From positions 25,029 to 89,028 of the forward strand of contig JAJDYL010000218.1 of NCBI GenBank assembly GCA_022825195.1: a stretch of DNA of 64,000 bases, read 5' to 3'. Under the pieces are notes generated by a model. That model did no database searches and was not told where the DNA came from. It saw only the letters and a list, made by a program, of their open reading frames with translations. Source of the stretch: Alphaproteobacteria bacterium. GTDB lineage: Bacteria; Pseudomonadota; Alphaproteobacteria; Bin95. The translations under genes were made by a program, and so were the position numbers. Position 1 is the first letter of the stretch, and each line of letters starts with the position of its first letter. This document shows positions 1 to 12,861 of the stretch, one piece after another.

Positions 1-1111
1 CGATCAGCAGCAGCGCATCGGCCTCTTCGATGCCCCGGACGGTCGAGTTGAAGAGATAGCTGGCCCGATGACCAGGAACAGCCGCCGCGCCGTCCTGCCT
101 GCAATCCAGATTCGGCGAACCAAGCGCCTGCATCAGGTCCTTGAGCGCGAGCATCGCCTCGGCGTCGACCTGGTCGCCGGCAATTGCGCCTATTTTCGTG
201 CCGGAACGCCCCTCGAACCTAGCCTGAACCGCACCGAAAGCTTCTGCCCAGTTCGCGGGATGCAGCCGCCCGTCCCGGCGCACATACGGGTGATCCAATC
301 GCTGGCGGCGCAGGCCGTCACAGGCAAAACGGGACTTGTCGCCGAGCCATTCCTCGTTCACCTCCTCGTTCAGGCGAGGCAGAACCCGCAGCACTTCCGG
401 GCCGCGGGAGTCGATACGGATATTAGCGCCAAGCGCATCGAACACGTCGATGCCTTCAGTCTTGCGCAACTCCCACGGACGCGCATTGAACGCGTAGGGT
501 TTCGAGGTCAACGCACCTACCGGGCAAAGATCGATGACATTTCCGGAAAGCTCGCTCGCCACTGCGCGCTCCAGCGTCGTGATCTCCATGTGCTCGCTAC
601 GCCCGACAGCACCGATCGTCGGCACGCCGGCCACTTCCTCTGCGAAGCGAATGCACCGGGTACAATGGATACATCGCGTCATCGTCGTTTTGATAAGCGG
701 CCCCATGTCCTTATCAGCCACGGCCCGCTTGTTTTCCTCGAACCGGCTCGTGTCCGCTCCGTAGAACAACGCCTGGTCCTGGAGGTCGCACTCACCGCCC
801 TGGTCGCAGATCGGGCAATCGAGCGGATGGTTGATGAGCAGGAACTCCATCACGCCCTTGCGCGCCTTCTGCGTCATCGGGCTGGAAGTCAGCACTTCCA
901 TGTTGTCCCCGGCGGGCATGGCACAGGAGGCAGCCGGTTTCGGCGGACCGGGACGGATCTCGACCAGACACATGCGGCAGTTGCCGGCAATCGACAGGCG
1001 CTCGTGATAGCAGAAGCGCGGAACTTCCTTGCCGGCAGCCTCTATTGCCTGCAGCACGGTGCTTCCGGGCGGGACCTCGACCTCAATCCCGTCGACGGTG
1101 AGCTTCGGCAT
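1..1111 (-). CDS. nuoG: NADH-quinone oxidoreductase subunit G (3' end outside window)
   Basis: Translated by hand from ATG at 1111: [43 protein letters not shown], with the Fe-S motifs [13 protein letters not shown] and [10 protein letters not shown]; lies directly downstream of nuoF. Confidence 0.95.
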   Translation of the reverse strand, partial: MPKLTVDGIEVEVPPGSTVLQAIEAAGKEVPRFCYHERLSIAGNCRMCLVEIRPGPPKPAASCAMPAGDNMEVLTSSPMTQKARKGVMEFLLINHPLDCPICDQGGECDLQDQALFYGADTSRFEENKRAVADKDMGPLIKTTMTRCIHCTRCIRFAEEVAGVPTIGAVGRSEHMEITTLERAVASELSGNVIDLCPVGALTSKPYAFNARPWELRKTEGIDVFDALGANIRIDSRGPEVLRVLPRLNEEVNEEWLGDKSRFACDGLRRQRLDHPYVRRDGRLHPANWAEAFGAVQARFEGRSGTKIGAIAGDQVDAEAMLALKDLMQALGSPNLDCRQDGAAAVPGHRASYLFNSTVRGIEEADALLLI

Positions 1112-1129
1112 TGGCTCCGCCCTCCGGGG

Positions 1130-2413
1130 TCAGGCCGCCATGGCCCGGTTTCGGTAGCTCAGGATCCGTTCTTCCATCTCATGCCTGAAATGGCGGATCA
1201 GTCCCTGGATCGGCCAGGCGGAGCCGTCCCCATGCGCGCAGATGGTGTGCCCCTCGATTTCCTTCGACACGTCGAGCAGCATGTCGATCTCCTCGACACG
1301 GGCGCGTCCCGACGCCATCCGTTCCATCACGCGCATCATCCAGCCGGTTCCTTCGCGGCAAGGCGTGCATTGCCCGCAACTCTCGTGCGCATAGAACCGG
1401 GCAAGACGCGCGATGGCGCGCACGACATCCGTGGAGCGGTCCATCACGATCACCGCGGCCGTGCCCAGCCCGCTCTGCACATCCCGGAGCGCATCGAAGT
1501 CCATCAACACCTCATCGCAGATGCTCTTCGGCAGGATCGGGGTGGAGGAACCTCCGGGAATGACGGCCTTGAGATTGTCCCAGCCGCCCCGCACACCGCC
1601 GGCGTGCTTCTCGATGAGTTCCTTCATCGGAATGCTCATCGCCTCTTCCACGTTGCAGGGGCGGTTGACGTGGCCGGAAATGCAGAACACCTTGGTGCCG
1701 GTGTTGTTGTTGCGCCCGAAACCGGAGAACCATGCCGCGCCACGGCGTAGTATGGATGGCGCTACGGCGATAGTCTCGACATTGTTCACGGTCGTCGGAC
1801 AACCGTATAGGCCGGCCATCGCCGGAAACGGCGGCTTCAGGCGCGGCTGGCCCTTCTTGCCTTCAAGGCTCTCGATCAGGGCCGTCTCCTCGCCGCAGAT
1901 ATAGGCGCCGGCTCCGCGGTGAAGGAATACGTCGCAGTCGACGCCGGAACCGCAGGCGTTCCTGCCGATCAGTCCCGCTTCATAGGCTTCGTCGATTGCA
2001 TGCTGCAGGTGGCGCGCCTCGTTGAAGAACTCGCCTCGTACATAGATGTAGGCGGCTCCGGCGCCTATTGCCGCACAAGCGAGAAGGCAGCCCTCGATCA
2101 ATTTGTGCGGGTCCCAGCGCATCATGTCGCGGTCCTTGCAGGTGCCAGGCTCACCCTCGTCCGCATTGACCACCAGATAGGCAGGGCGACCGTCGCTCTC
2201 CTTCGGCATGAACGACCATTTGAGGCCGGTCGGAAAGCCAGCTCCGCCCCGCCCCCGCAAACCCGATGCCTTGATCTCCTCGACAAGCCACTCGCGGCCC
2301 CTGGCGATCAACTCGGCCGTCCCGTCCCAATCGCCCCGCGCGCGGGCGCCCTTCAGGGTCCAGTCATACTCGCCGTAAAGATTCGTGAAGATGCGGTCCC
2401 GGTCGGTCAGCAT
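1130..2413 (-). CDS. nuoF: NADH-quinone oxidoreductase subunit F
   Basis: [50 protein letters not shown] motifs. Confidence 0.97.
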   Translation of the reverse strand: MLTDRDRIFTNLYGEYDWTLKGARARGDWDGTAELIARGREWLVEEIKASGLRGRGGAGFPTGLKWSFMPKESDGRPAYLVVNADEGEPGTCKDRDMMRWDPHKLIEGCLLACAAIGAGAAYIYVRGEFFNEARHLQHAIDEAYEAGLIGRNACGSGVDCDVFLHRGAGAYICGEETALIESLEGKKGQPRLKPPFPAMAGLYGCPTTVNNVETIAVAPSILRRGAAWFSGFGRNNNTGTKVFCISGHVNRPCNVEEAMSIPMKELIEKHAGGVRGGWDNLKAVIPGGSSTPILPKSICDEVLMDFDALRDVQSGLGTAAVIVMDRSTDVVRAIARLARFYAHESCGQCTPCREGTGWMMRVMERMASGRARVEEIDMLLDVSKEIEGHTICAHGDGSAWPIQGLIRHFRHEMEERILSYRNRAMAA

Positions 2414-3003
2414 CGGGCGTCACTCTCCAGCAGTGTGGTCTTGCCGCCCTCCGGCGCGGAATTCAACCGCTCTGCCTGAGTACCGGTTGTCGGCGGCCGG
2501 CCCTCCGCCAGCGCGTCGAGCAGGGCCGCCGTCCGGTCGGCATCGAGGTCTTCATAATAGTCGTCATTGATCTGCAGGACCGGCGCGTTGACGCACGCTC
2601 CAAGGCACTCGACCTCCAGCAGCGTAAAGAGGCCGTTCTCGTCCGTCTCGCCGAAATCCAAGCCTGTTTTTTCCTTGCAGGCCCGGACTACTTCGTCGGA
2701 CCCGCGCAGCCAGCATGGTGTGGTCGTGCATATGTGCAGCCGGTATTTCCCCACGGGTTCGCGGTAATACATCGTGTAGAAGCTGACGACTTCCCAGACG
2801 CGGATCGCCGGCAGGCCCAGAAAATCCGCCACGTACTCGATCACCGCGGGAGACGTCCAACCGAGCTGGCGTTGCGCCAGGTCCAGCAGCGGCATGACAG
2901 CGCTTTGCTGCCGGCCGTCCGGATATTTTGCGAGAATGGCGTTCGCTGCTTTCAGATTGTCGGCCGTAAAGGCAAAGATGCCGGCTGCGCCGCGCCCGTT
3001 CAT
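2407..3003 (-). CDS. nuoE: NADH-quinone oxidoreductase subunit E
   Basis: CTTTPC...[10 protein letters not shown] 2Fe-2S motif; position in operon. Confidence 0.96.
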   Translation of the reverse strand: MNGRGAAGIFAFTADNLKAANAILAKYPDGRQQSAVMPLLDLAQRQLGWTSPAVIEYVADFLGLPAIRVWEVVSFYTMYYREPVGKYRLHICTTTPCWLRGSDEVVRACKEKTGLDFGETDENGLFTLLEVECLGACVNAPVLQINDDYYEDLDADRTAALLDALAEGRPPTTGTQAERLNSAPEGGKTTLLESDARC

Positions 3004-4178
3004 CGATCAATCTCTCCGAACACGATGTCCATGGCGCCCAGAATCGCAACGCTGTCGGCCAGCATATGGCCGCGTGACAGGAAGTCCATGGCAGCCAGAT
3101 GCGCGAAACCCGGCGCCCGGATCTTGCACCGGTAAGGCTTGTTGGTGCCATCCGACACCAGGTAGACGCCGAACTCGCCTTTAGGCGCTTCGACCGCCGT
3201 ATAGGTCTCGCCGGGCGGCACCCTGTATCCCTCGGTGTAGAGCTTGAAGTGATGGATGAGCGCCTCCATCGATTGCTTCATCTCGCCTCGTTTCGGCGGA
3301 GCCACCTTGCTGGTCTCCGTTACCACCGGCCCTTCGGGCATGTCGTGCACACACTGGTCGATGATGCGCAGCGACTGGCGTACCTCCTCAACCCGGACCA
3401 GGTAGCGGTCGTAGCAGTCGCCGTTCTTGCCGATCGGAATGTCAAAGTCCATCCGGTCATACACGTCGTATGGCTGCGCTTTGCGCAAATCCCACGGTAG
3501 CCCGGAGGCGCGCAGCATCGGACCCGAAAAACCCCAGTCGAGCGCGTCTTCCACCGACACGCGGCCAATGTCCACGGTTCGCTGTTTGAAGATGCGGTTC
3601 TCGTTGAGCAGCGTTTCCATATCGGTGATGAACTTCGGAAATGCCGCGGCCCATTCCGCTATGTCGTCGAGCATGCCGTCCGGGAGGTCCTGATGGACGC
3701 CGCCCGGCCGGAAATAGGCAGCGTGGAGCCGGGCGCCGCTCGCACGCTCATAAAATTCCATCAGTAGCTCACGCTGCTCGAAGCCCCATAGCATCGGCGT
3801 CATCGCGCCGACATCCAAGGCGAACGCCGTCAGGTTCAGCAAGTGGTTCAGGATGCGCGAGATCTCGGAGAACAGGACCCGGATATACTGGCCGCGCTCC
3901 GGCACCTCGATACCGAGAAGCCTCTCGGTTGCAAGCGCAAAGGCATGCTCCTGGTTCATCGGGGCGACATAGTCGAGGCGATCGAAATACGGCACCGCCT
4001 GAAGATAGGTCTTGTGTTCGATGAGCTTTTCGGTTCCGCGATGAAGGAGACCGATATGAGGGTCTATGCGGTCCACGACCTCGCCATCGAGCTCCATGAC
4101 CATGCGCAGGACACCGTGCGCCGCGGGATGCTGCGGGCCGAAGTTCAGCGTGTAGTTCCTGATCTGGGCTTCGGCCAT
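3000..4178 (-). CDS. nuoD: NADH-quinone oxidoreductase subunit D
   Basis: [29 protein letters not shown]; start placed at MAEAQ (4178). Confidence 0.97.
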   Translation of the reverse strand: MAEAQIRNYTLNFGPQHPAAHGVLRMVMELDGEVVDRIDPHIGLLHRGTEKLIEHKTYLQAVPYFDRLDYVAPMNQEHAFALATERLLGIEVPERGQYIRVLFSEISRILNHLLNLTAFALDVGAMTPMLWGFEQRELLMEFYERASGARLHAAYFRPGGVHQDLPDGMLDDIAEWAAAFPKFITDMETLLNENRIFKQRTVDIGRVSVEDALDWGFSGPMLRASGLPWDLRKAQPYDVYDRMDFDIPIGKNGDCYDRYLVRVEEVRQSLRIIDQCVHDMPEGPVVTETSKVAPPKRGEMKQSMEALIHHFKLYTEGYRVPPGETYTAVEAPKGEFGVYLVSDGTNKPYRCKIRAPGFAHLAAMDFLSRGHMLADSVAILGAMDIVFGEIDR

Positions 4179-4771
4179 CAGGCGCCCTCCGCCTTTTCGT
4201 CGCCAGGCAGCGGCCCCTCCCAAGGGCTCAGATAGTCGAAGGACCGGAACTCCTGCGTCAGGGAAACCGGCTCATAGACAACGCGCTTCTGCTCGTCGTC
4301 GTAGCGGACCTCGACATATCCCGTCAGCGGAAAATCCTTACGCATCGGATAGCCTTCGAACCCGTAGTCGGTCAGCAGGCGGCGCAGGTCGGGATGGTCC
4401 GAGAAGAAGATGCCGTAAAGGTCCCACGCTTCGCGCTCGAACCAGGCCGCCGAACTGAATAGCCCCGACACCGACGGCACGGGTGTATCTTCGTCTGTCG
4501 AGGTCTTGACCCGGACACGAAGGTTGTGACGGTGGCTCAGCAGGTTGTAGACGACTTCGAACCGCTCCGGATGTTCCGGATAATCGACGCCGCACAGATC
4601 CATCAGGCACTTGAAGCGACAGTTGGCGTCATCACGCAGGAAGGTCAGCACCTCAAGCAGCCCGTCTCGCCCCACTCTCAGCACCAATTCCGATACCGTC
4701 GGCTCAAACGACACCTTTTCGCCGATCATCGCCTCGACATGCTCGGCGAGCTCTTTCAGGGCTTCGTCCAT
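4178..4771 (-). CDS. nuoC: NADH-quinone oxidoreductase subunit C
   Basis: [35 protein letters not shown]. Confidence 0.96.
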   Translation of the reverse strand: MDEALKELAEHVEAMIGEKVSFEPTVSELVLRVGRDGLLEVLTFLRDDANCRFKCLMDLCGVDYPEHPERFEVVYNLLSHRHNLRVRVKTSTDEDTPVPSVSGLFSSAAWFEREAWDLYGIFFSDHPDLRRLLTDYGFEGYPMRKDFPLTGYVEVRYDDEQKRVVYEPVSLTQEFRSFDYLSPWEGPLPGDEKAEGA

Positions 4772-4784
4772 CTGCCGGTCCGGT

Positions 4785-5321
4785 TCAGCGCGCTATCGTG
4801 CCGGTGCGCTGGATCTTCTTCTGCAACAGCAGGATACCGTAGAGCAACGCTTCGGCGGTCGGGGGACACCCTGGCACATACACATCGACCGGCACGATTC
4901 GGTCGCAGCCCCGGACCACCGAATAGGAATAGTGATAATAGCCGCCGCCATTGGCGCAGGATCCCATGGAGATCACCCAGCGCGGCTCGGCCATCTGGTC
5001 GTAAACCTTGCGAAGCGCCGGCGCCATCTTGTTGGTAAGCGTCCCGGCCACGATCATCACGTCAGACTGGCGCGGACTCGGACGGAATACCACACCGAAC
5101 CGATCGAGGTCGTAGCGCGAACAGGCCGTATGCATCATTTCCACGGCGCAGCAGGCGAGTCCGAACGTCATCGGCCACAACGACCCGGAGCGCGCCCAGT
5201 TCACAAGCTTGTCCAACTGCGCCACGACATAGCCGCGATCCTGCAGTTCGTCGCTGACCCCACGCAACAGTGCGTCCTGCGCCGCTCCCGGCCCCAGCGC
5301 TGGCTGGCCAATCACTCCCAT
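4785..5321 (-). CDS. nuoB: NADH-quinone oxidoreductase subunit B
   Basis: [29 protein letters not shown]. Confidence 0.97.
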   Translation of the reverse strand: MGVIGQPALGPGAAQDALLRGVSDELQDRGYVVAQLDKLVNWARSGSLWPMTFGLACCAVEMMHTACSRYDLDRFGVVFRPSPRQSDVMIVAGTLTNKMAPALRKVYDQMAEPRWVISMGSCANGGGYYHYSYSVVRGCDRIVPVDVYVPGCPPTAEALLYGILLLQKKIQRTGTIAR

Positions 5322-5677
5322 TCAAGCGCTCCTTTGCGCCATTCATAGATGAATCCGACCGTCAACACGCCAAGGAAGATCACCATCGACCAGAAGCCCA
5401 GCATGCCGATGCCGCCGAGCGAAATCGCCCAGGGAAACAGGAATGCGACTTCAAGGTCGAAGATGATGAAAAGGATGGCGACCAGATAGAAGCGCACATC
5501 GAATCGCCCGCGCGTGTCGGTGAACGCCTCGAAACCACATTCGTAGGCTGAAAGCTTCTCTGTATCCGGCTTTTGCCGTGCGACGATCATCGAAGCGATA
5601 ACGGCACCCGCCGCCAACGCCCCCGCGACAGCCGTAAAGATCAGTATTGGGACATACTCGGCCAGAAACGCATCCAT
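5312..5677 (-). CDS. nuoA: NADH-quinone oxidoreductase subunit A
   Basis: [39 protein letters not shown]; start placed at MDAFL (5677). Confidence 0.96.
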   Translation of the reverse strand: MDAFLAEYVPILIFTAVAGALAAGAVIASMIVARQKPDTEKLSAYECGFEAFTDTRGRFDVRFYLVAILFIIFDLEVAFLFPWAISLGGIGMLGFWSMVIFLGVLTVGFIYEWRKGALEWE

Positions 5678-5796
5678 CGTCCTGGGCCCGTCTCCCTGTT
5701 CTCGAATCCCGGTCCGGGCGCACCATAGTGGTCGGAGGTGCGACTGCAAAGCCCCACCGACGCCCTCAGGGGCACTCGATTGTTAGCAGGGGCGAG

Positions 5797-5873
5797 TGGC
5801 GGGAGTGACGGGACTCGAACCCGCGGCCTCTGGCGTGACAGGCCAGCGCTCTAACCGACTGAGCTACACCCCC
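5797..5873 (-). tRNA. tRNA-Asp(GTC)
   Basis: Reverse complement GGGGGTGTAGCTCAGTCGGTTAGAGCGCTGGCCT-GTC-ACGCCAG...GGTTCGAGTCCC...GCCA forms a cloverleaf. Confidence 0.96.
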
Positions 5874-5890
5874 GCGTACGCAACGGCAAC

Positions 5891-5919
5891 CGTCTAGCTG
5901 AGACCCGTTGCGGGGTCAA
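5891..5919 (-). promoter_or_regulatory. Putative sigma70 promoter of tRNA-Asp
   Basis: TTGACC-N17-TAGACG on the minus strand, 17 nt upstream of the tRNA 5' end. Confidence 0.6.
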
Positions 5920-6080
5920 GAATGCCATAGCGGCCGGTCGCCAACTCCATGCAGCGCCCGCCATCTCCTCCTGGAATCCGGGTCGCGCCCATTCACCCGC
6001 CTCTTGCCCGCAATCGTACCCATGGCAAAGCCGGCGCAGGACATCCGGCACCGAAGCTGTTGAGGTGCGCCGAAGTGCAG

Positions 6081-6233
6081 GTGCGCCTGTTGGTCACATG
6101 CTCCGGACTGAGGTAACTCCCGCCCCCACGACCGGGCACCGGGCTTCCTCCACAGGCGCGGCAGTGTCGACGGACCTGTTCGGGTTGCCGCCCTCTCCTG
6201 GGAACCCTAGGAGCCGGGTATCAGCAGGCGCAT
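6081..6233. ncRNA. Candidate structured non-coding RNA, family not recognised
   Basis: 14-bp closing helix 6081-6094/6220-6233, inner helix 6100-6104/6210-6214, two hairpin arms; lies in a 440-bp gap between tRNA genes with no credible ORF. Confidence 0.5.
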
Positions 6234-6314
6234 TGGGCCTTGTACGTACAAAGACCGGCAAAATACGCCGGCCAACTCACGCAAAACCAGCCTCGACCCC
6301 TTTCGAAACTAGAG

Positions 6315-6390
6315 TGGTGGGCGATGACGGGATCGAACCGCCGACCCCCTCGGTGTAAACGAGGTGCTCTCCCAGCTGAGCTAATCGCCC
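6315..6390 (-). tRNA. tRNA-Val(TAC)
   Basis: Reverse complement GGGCGATTAGCTCAGCTGGGAGAGCACCTCGTT-TAC-ACCGAGG...GGTTCGATCCC...ACCA. Confidence 0.96.
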
Positions 6391-6417
6391 CTGGGTCCGG
6401 CTTCGCCCGAGCCGTTG

Positions 6418-6690
6418 TTAGTTTACGGCGTCTTTCAGACCCTTACCGGCCCTGAACTTGGGCTGGTTCGACGGGGCGACGTCGATCGTTTCGCCTGTCC
6501 TGGGATTCCGCGCCTTGGATGCCGGGCGGTGGGCTACCGAAAAGGTACCGAAACCAATCAACCGTACATCCTGACCATCGGCGAGAGCTTTCGAGATTGT
6601 CTCAAAAACAGCATCTACGGCCCGCGCAGCCTGGGCCCGTTGCAAGTTCGCAGATACTGCTACAGCTCCAACCAGATCGTTCTTGTTCAT
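6418..6690 (-). CDS. hupB: DNA-binding protein HU
   Basis: MNKNDLV...GFGTF...ARNPRTGE...PKFRAGKGLKDAVN; follows lon. Confidence 0.93.
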   Translation of the reverse strand: MNKNDLVGAVAVSANLQRAQAARAVDAVFETISKALADGQDVRLIGFGTFSVAHRPASKARNPRTGETIDVAPSNQPKFRAGKGLKDAVN

Positions 6691-6799
6691 TCTTTTCCCT
6701 CCCGTCTTCACTGAGGACGACGCAGTTGCTAACCCGATTCAGGGCAGAGGTCCAGCGAAACGATACACAATCGGGCAACTATTTGAACCGAATTGCATA

Positions 6800-9208
<2,409 letters not shown>

Positions 9209-9308
9209 GATGCGTCCCCGGAAGGCTCCGTGTATGGCAAGGCCGCCTCGATGAGATCATTTGCAACTGCCTCGCACCGTCCTTAACTGGGAAGAGGCTG
9301 CAGCCCCT

Positions 9309-10571
<1,263 letters not shown>

Positions 10572-10692
10572 CTTCGTTCCCAACATTCCCCGAAGCCGCA
10601 GCCCGAAAGCCGCACAGGCATGTTAGCCGGGTTTGCACCCCGGGCCAACGGTTTCCGTGGCAAGGAGCGAGGCCGAATCTGCCGACACAGCC

Positions 10693-11325
10693 TCAGGCGG
10701 TTTCGGCTTCAGCCGGAATGCGGTGTTCGACCACCTCGTCCACAATGCCGAATTCCCGAGCCTCGTCCGGGCTCATGAAACGGTCTCGATCGAGCGCTTC
10801 CTCCACGTTTTCCAGCGTTTGGTCACAATGCCTCACGTAGATTTCGTTGAGCCGCTCGCGTAGCGCAAGAATTTCACGCGCATGAATTTCGATGTCGCTG
10901 GCCTGACCGTGGAAGCCGCCGGAAGGCTGATGCACCATCACCCGTGAATTGGGCAGCGCATAGCGTTTGCCCGGCGCGCCGGCGGCCAGCAACAGCGATC
11001 CCATCGACGCCGCCTGCCCGATGCACACGGTCGACACGTCGCAGCGGATATATTGCATGGTGTCGTAGATCGCGAGGCCCGCCGTCACCGCTCCCCCCGG
11101 CGAGTTGATGTAGAAGGAGATGTCCTTGCTGGGATTTTCCGCCTCCAGGAACAGCAGTTGTGCCGCGATCAGCGCACCGACCTGATCGAAGACCGGCCCC
11201 GTAAGGAAAACGATTCTCTCCTTGAGCAGGCGGGAATAGATGTCGTAGGCGCGCTCGCCGCGGTTCGTGCTCTCCACGACCATGGGCACGAGCGTGTTCA
11301 TGTAGACTTCATTCCGATCGCGCAT
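10693..11325 (-). CDS. clpP: Clp protease proteolytic subunit
   Basis: [33 protein letters not shown]. Confidence 0.98.
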   Translation of the reverse strand: MRDRNEVYMNTLVPMVVESTNRGERAYDIYSRLLKERIVFLTGPVFDQVGALIAAQLLFLEAENPSKDISFYINSPGGAVTAGLAIYDTMQYIRCDVSTVCIGQAASMGSLLLAAGAPGKRYALPNSRVMVHQPSGGFHGQASDIEIHAREILALRERLNEIYVRHCDQTLENVEEALDRDRFMSPDEAREFGIVDEVVEHRIPAEAETA

Positions 11326-11334
11326 GGCGGTCGT

Positions 11335-12687
11335 TCACTCCTCTTCGGAAACGCCTTCCGACGCTGCGATCAATTCCTCGGCGGTCACCTCGCGGGCCGT
11401 AATCTGGGCAAGTTCGAGGATGAAATCGACCACCTTGTTCTCAAGGATGGGCCCTTCGAACTGCGACAGGGCGGACGGGTTCTTCCGGTAGAAATCCAGC
11501 ACCACCTGTTCCTGTCCGGGGAACCTCTGCATCTGGGAGAACATGGCCCGCTGCAGATCCTCCTGGGCGACCTCGATATTGTTCTGCCGACCGACCTCGG
11601 CGAGCAGCAGACCGAGGCGGATACGACGCTCCGCGACCTTCCTGTATTCGTCCCGGAGTTCCTCGTCCGTCTTGCCTTCTCGAACTTCGTCGTCGTCCGG
11701 TGTTTCCAGGCGCTTTTCGATCTCGCCCCAGATCGACTCGAACTCCTGCGCGACCATGCTCTCCGGAAGCGGGAAATCGTGCATTTCCTCCAGACGGTCG
11801 AACAGATGCCGTTTGACGATCATCCGAGAGACATTCGCATAGTGACCCTTGACCCGCTCCACCACATCCTGACGCAGCGACTCAAGGTCGTCATACCCGA
11901 CCTGTTTCGCCATTTCGTCGTCGGGTTCGCCCGCGCGCCGTTCCTGGACCTGCTTGACCTCAACCGAAAACACGGCGGTCTTCCCCGCCAGGTGCGCCGC
12001 GTTGTAGTCTTCGGGAAAGACGACCTCGACGTTGCGGGCCTCTCCGGCGCGCACCCCGACAAGCTGATCCTCGAAACCGGGAATGAACTCTCCGGTGCCG
12101 AGCTCGATTTCATAGTCTTCCGCCGCACCGCCGGCAAACGCCTCATCGTCGATCTTGCCTTCGAAATCGATTGTCAGGGTATCTCCTGTCGCGGCGCCCC
12201 GATCCTCTTCCACAGGCACCAGGTCCGCGGCGGCGCTGGCGATAAGCCCGATCTCCTCCTCGACGGTCTCGTCGGTCGGCTCGGCCTCGAGGCGTTCGAG
12301 TTCGAGCGCACCGAAGTCGATCGGCTCGATCTCAGGCAATGCCTCGACGCTGATCGTGTATTCAAGGTCGACGTCTGCCGGCAATCCGTTTTCGAGGTCG
12401 GAAACCATGTCGATCTGCGGCATGACAGCCGGCTTCAGCCCCCGATCCTCTATCGCCTGCTGTGTGCCGCGATTGATGGTCGCTTCAAGGATTTCGCCCT
12501 CGACGGCCCTGCCGAACCGCTGGCGCAGGATCTTCATCGGCGCCCTGCCGGGGCGGAACCCTGGAAGCCGTAAGTTGGCGCCGTATTCCGCGAGCTTGCT
12601 GTCGATCTCGCTGCGCAGGTCCTCGGCAGGCACGACAACACGGAAGTCGTGCTTGAGCCCGTCGGCAAGTGTTTCGGTGATCTGCAT
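11335..12687 (-). CDS. tig: Trigger factor
   Basis: PGFRPGRAP ribosome-binding loop, FIPGFEDQLVG FKBP domain; tig-clpP-clpX synteny. Confidence 0.96.
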   Translation of the reverse strand: MQITETLADGLKHDFRVVVPAEDLRSEIDSKLAEYGANLRLPGFRPGRAPMKILRQRFGRAVEGEILEATINRGTQQAIEDRGLKPAVMPQIDMVSDLENGLPADVDLEYTISVEALPEIEPIDFGALELERLEAEPTDETVEEEIGLIASAAADLVPVEEDRGAATGDTLTIDFEGKIDDEAFAGGAAEDYEIELGTGEFIPGFEDQLVGVRAGEARNVEVVFPEDYNAAHLAGKTAVFSVEVKQVQERRAGEPDDEMAKQVGYDDLESLRQDVVERVKGHYANVSRMIVKRHLFDRLEEMHDFPLPESMVAQEFESIWGEIEKRLETPDDDEVREGKTDEELRDEYRKVAERRIRLGLLLAEVGRQNNIEVAQEDLQRAMFSQMQRFPGQEQVVLDFYRKNPSALSQFEGPILENKVVDFILELAQITAREVTAEELIAASEGVSEEE

Positions 12688-12737
12688 GGGAAGGACTTCA
12701 ACTGGTTACGTTCGACGGACACCGTTCAGGCGGTCCC

Positions 12738-12823
12738 TGGTGCGGGCGGAGGGACTCGAACCCCCACGGCCGCAAGCCGCCGGATCCTAAATCCGGCGCG
12801 TCTACCAATTCCGCCACGCCCGC
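12738..12823 (-). tRNA. tRNA-Leu(TAG)
   Basis: Reverse complement GCGGGCGTGGCGGAATTGGTAGACGCGCCGGATT-TAG-GATCCGG, long variable arm, GGTTCGAGTCCC...ACCA. Confidence 0.96.
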
Positions 12824-12861
12824 CGGGAGGGGCGGACACTTATATCGAAATGCCGGCGGGC

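Noticed and set aside
68-1750. Long antisense ORFs over core genes (also 11053-12573, 23575-25380, 42083-44488, 47844-49880, 53388-56126)
   Set aside because: They are shadow frames of well-supported genes in high-GC DNA and show no recognisable motifs.
6065-6358. Group II intron (GTGCG start) or a 97-aa protein in the tRNA gap
   Set aside because: No domain V/VI motif or RT ORF is present. The ORF runs antisense into tRNA-Val and has no protein-like features.
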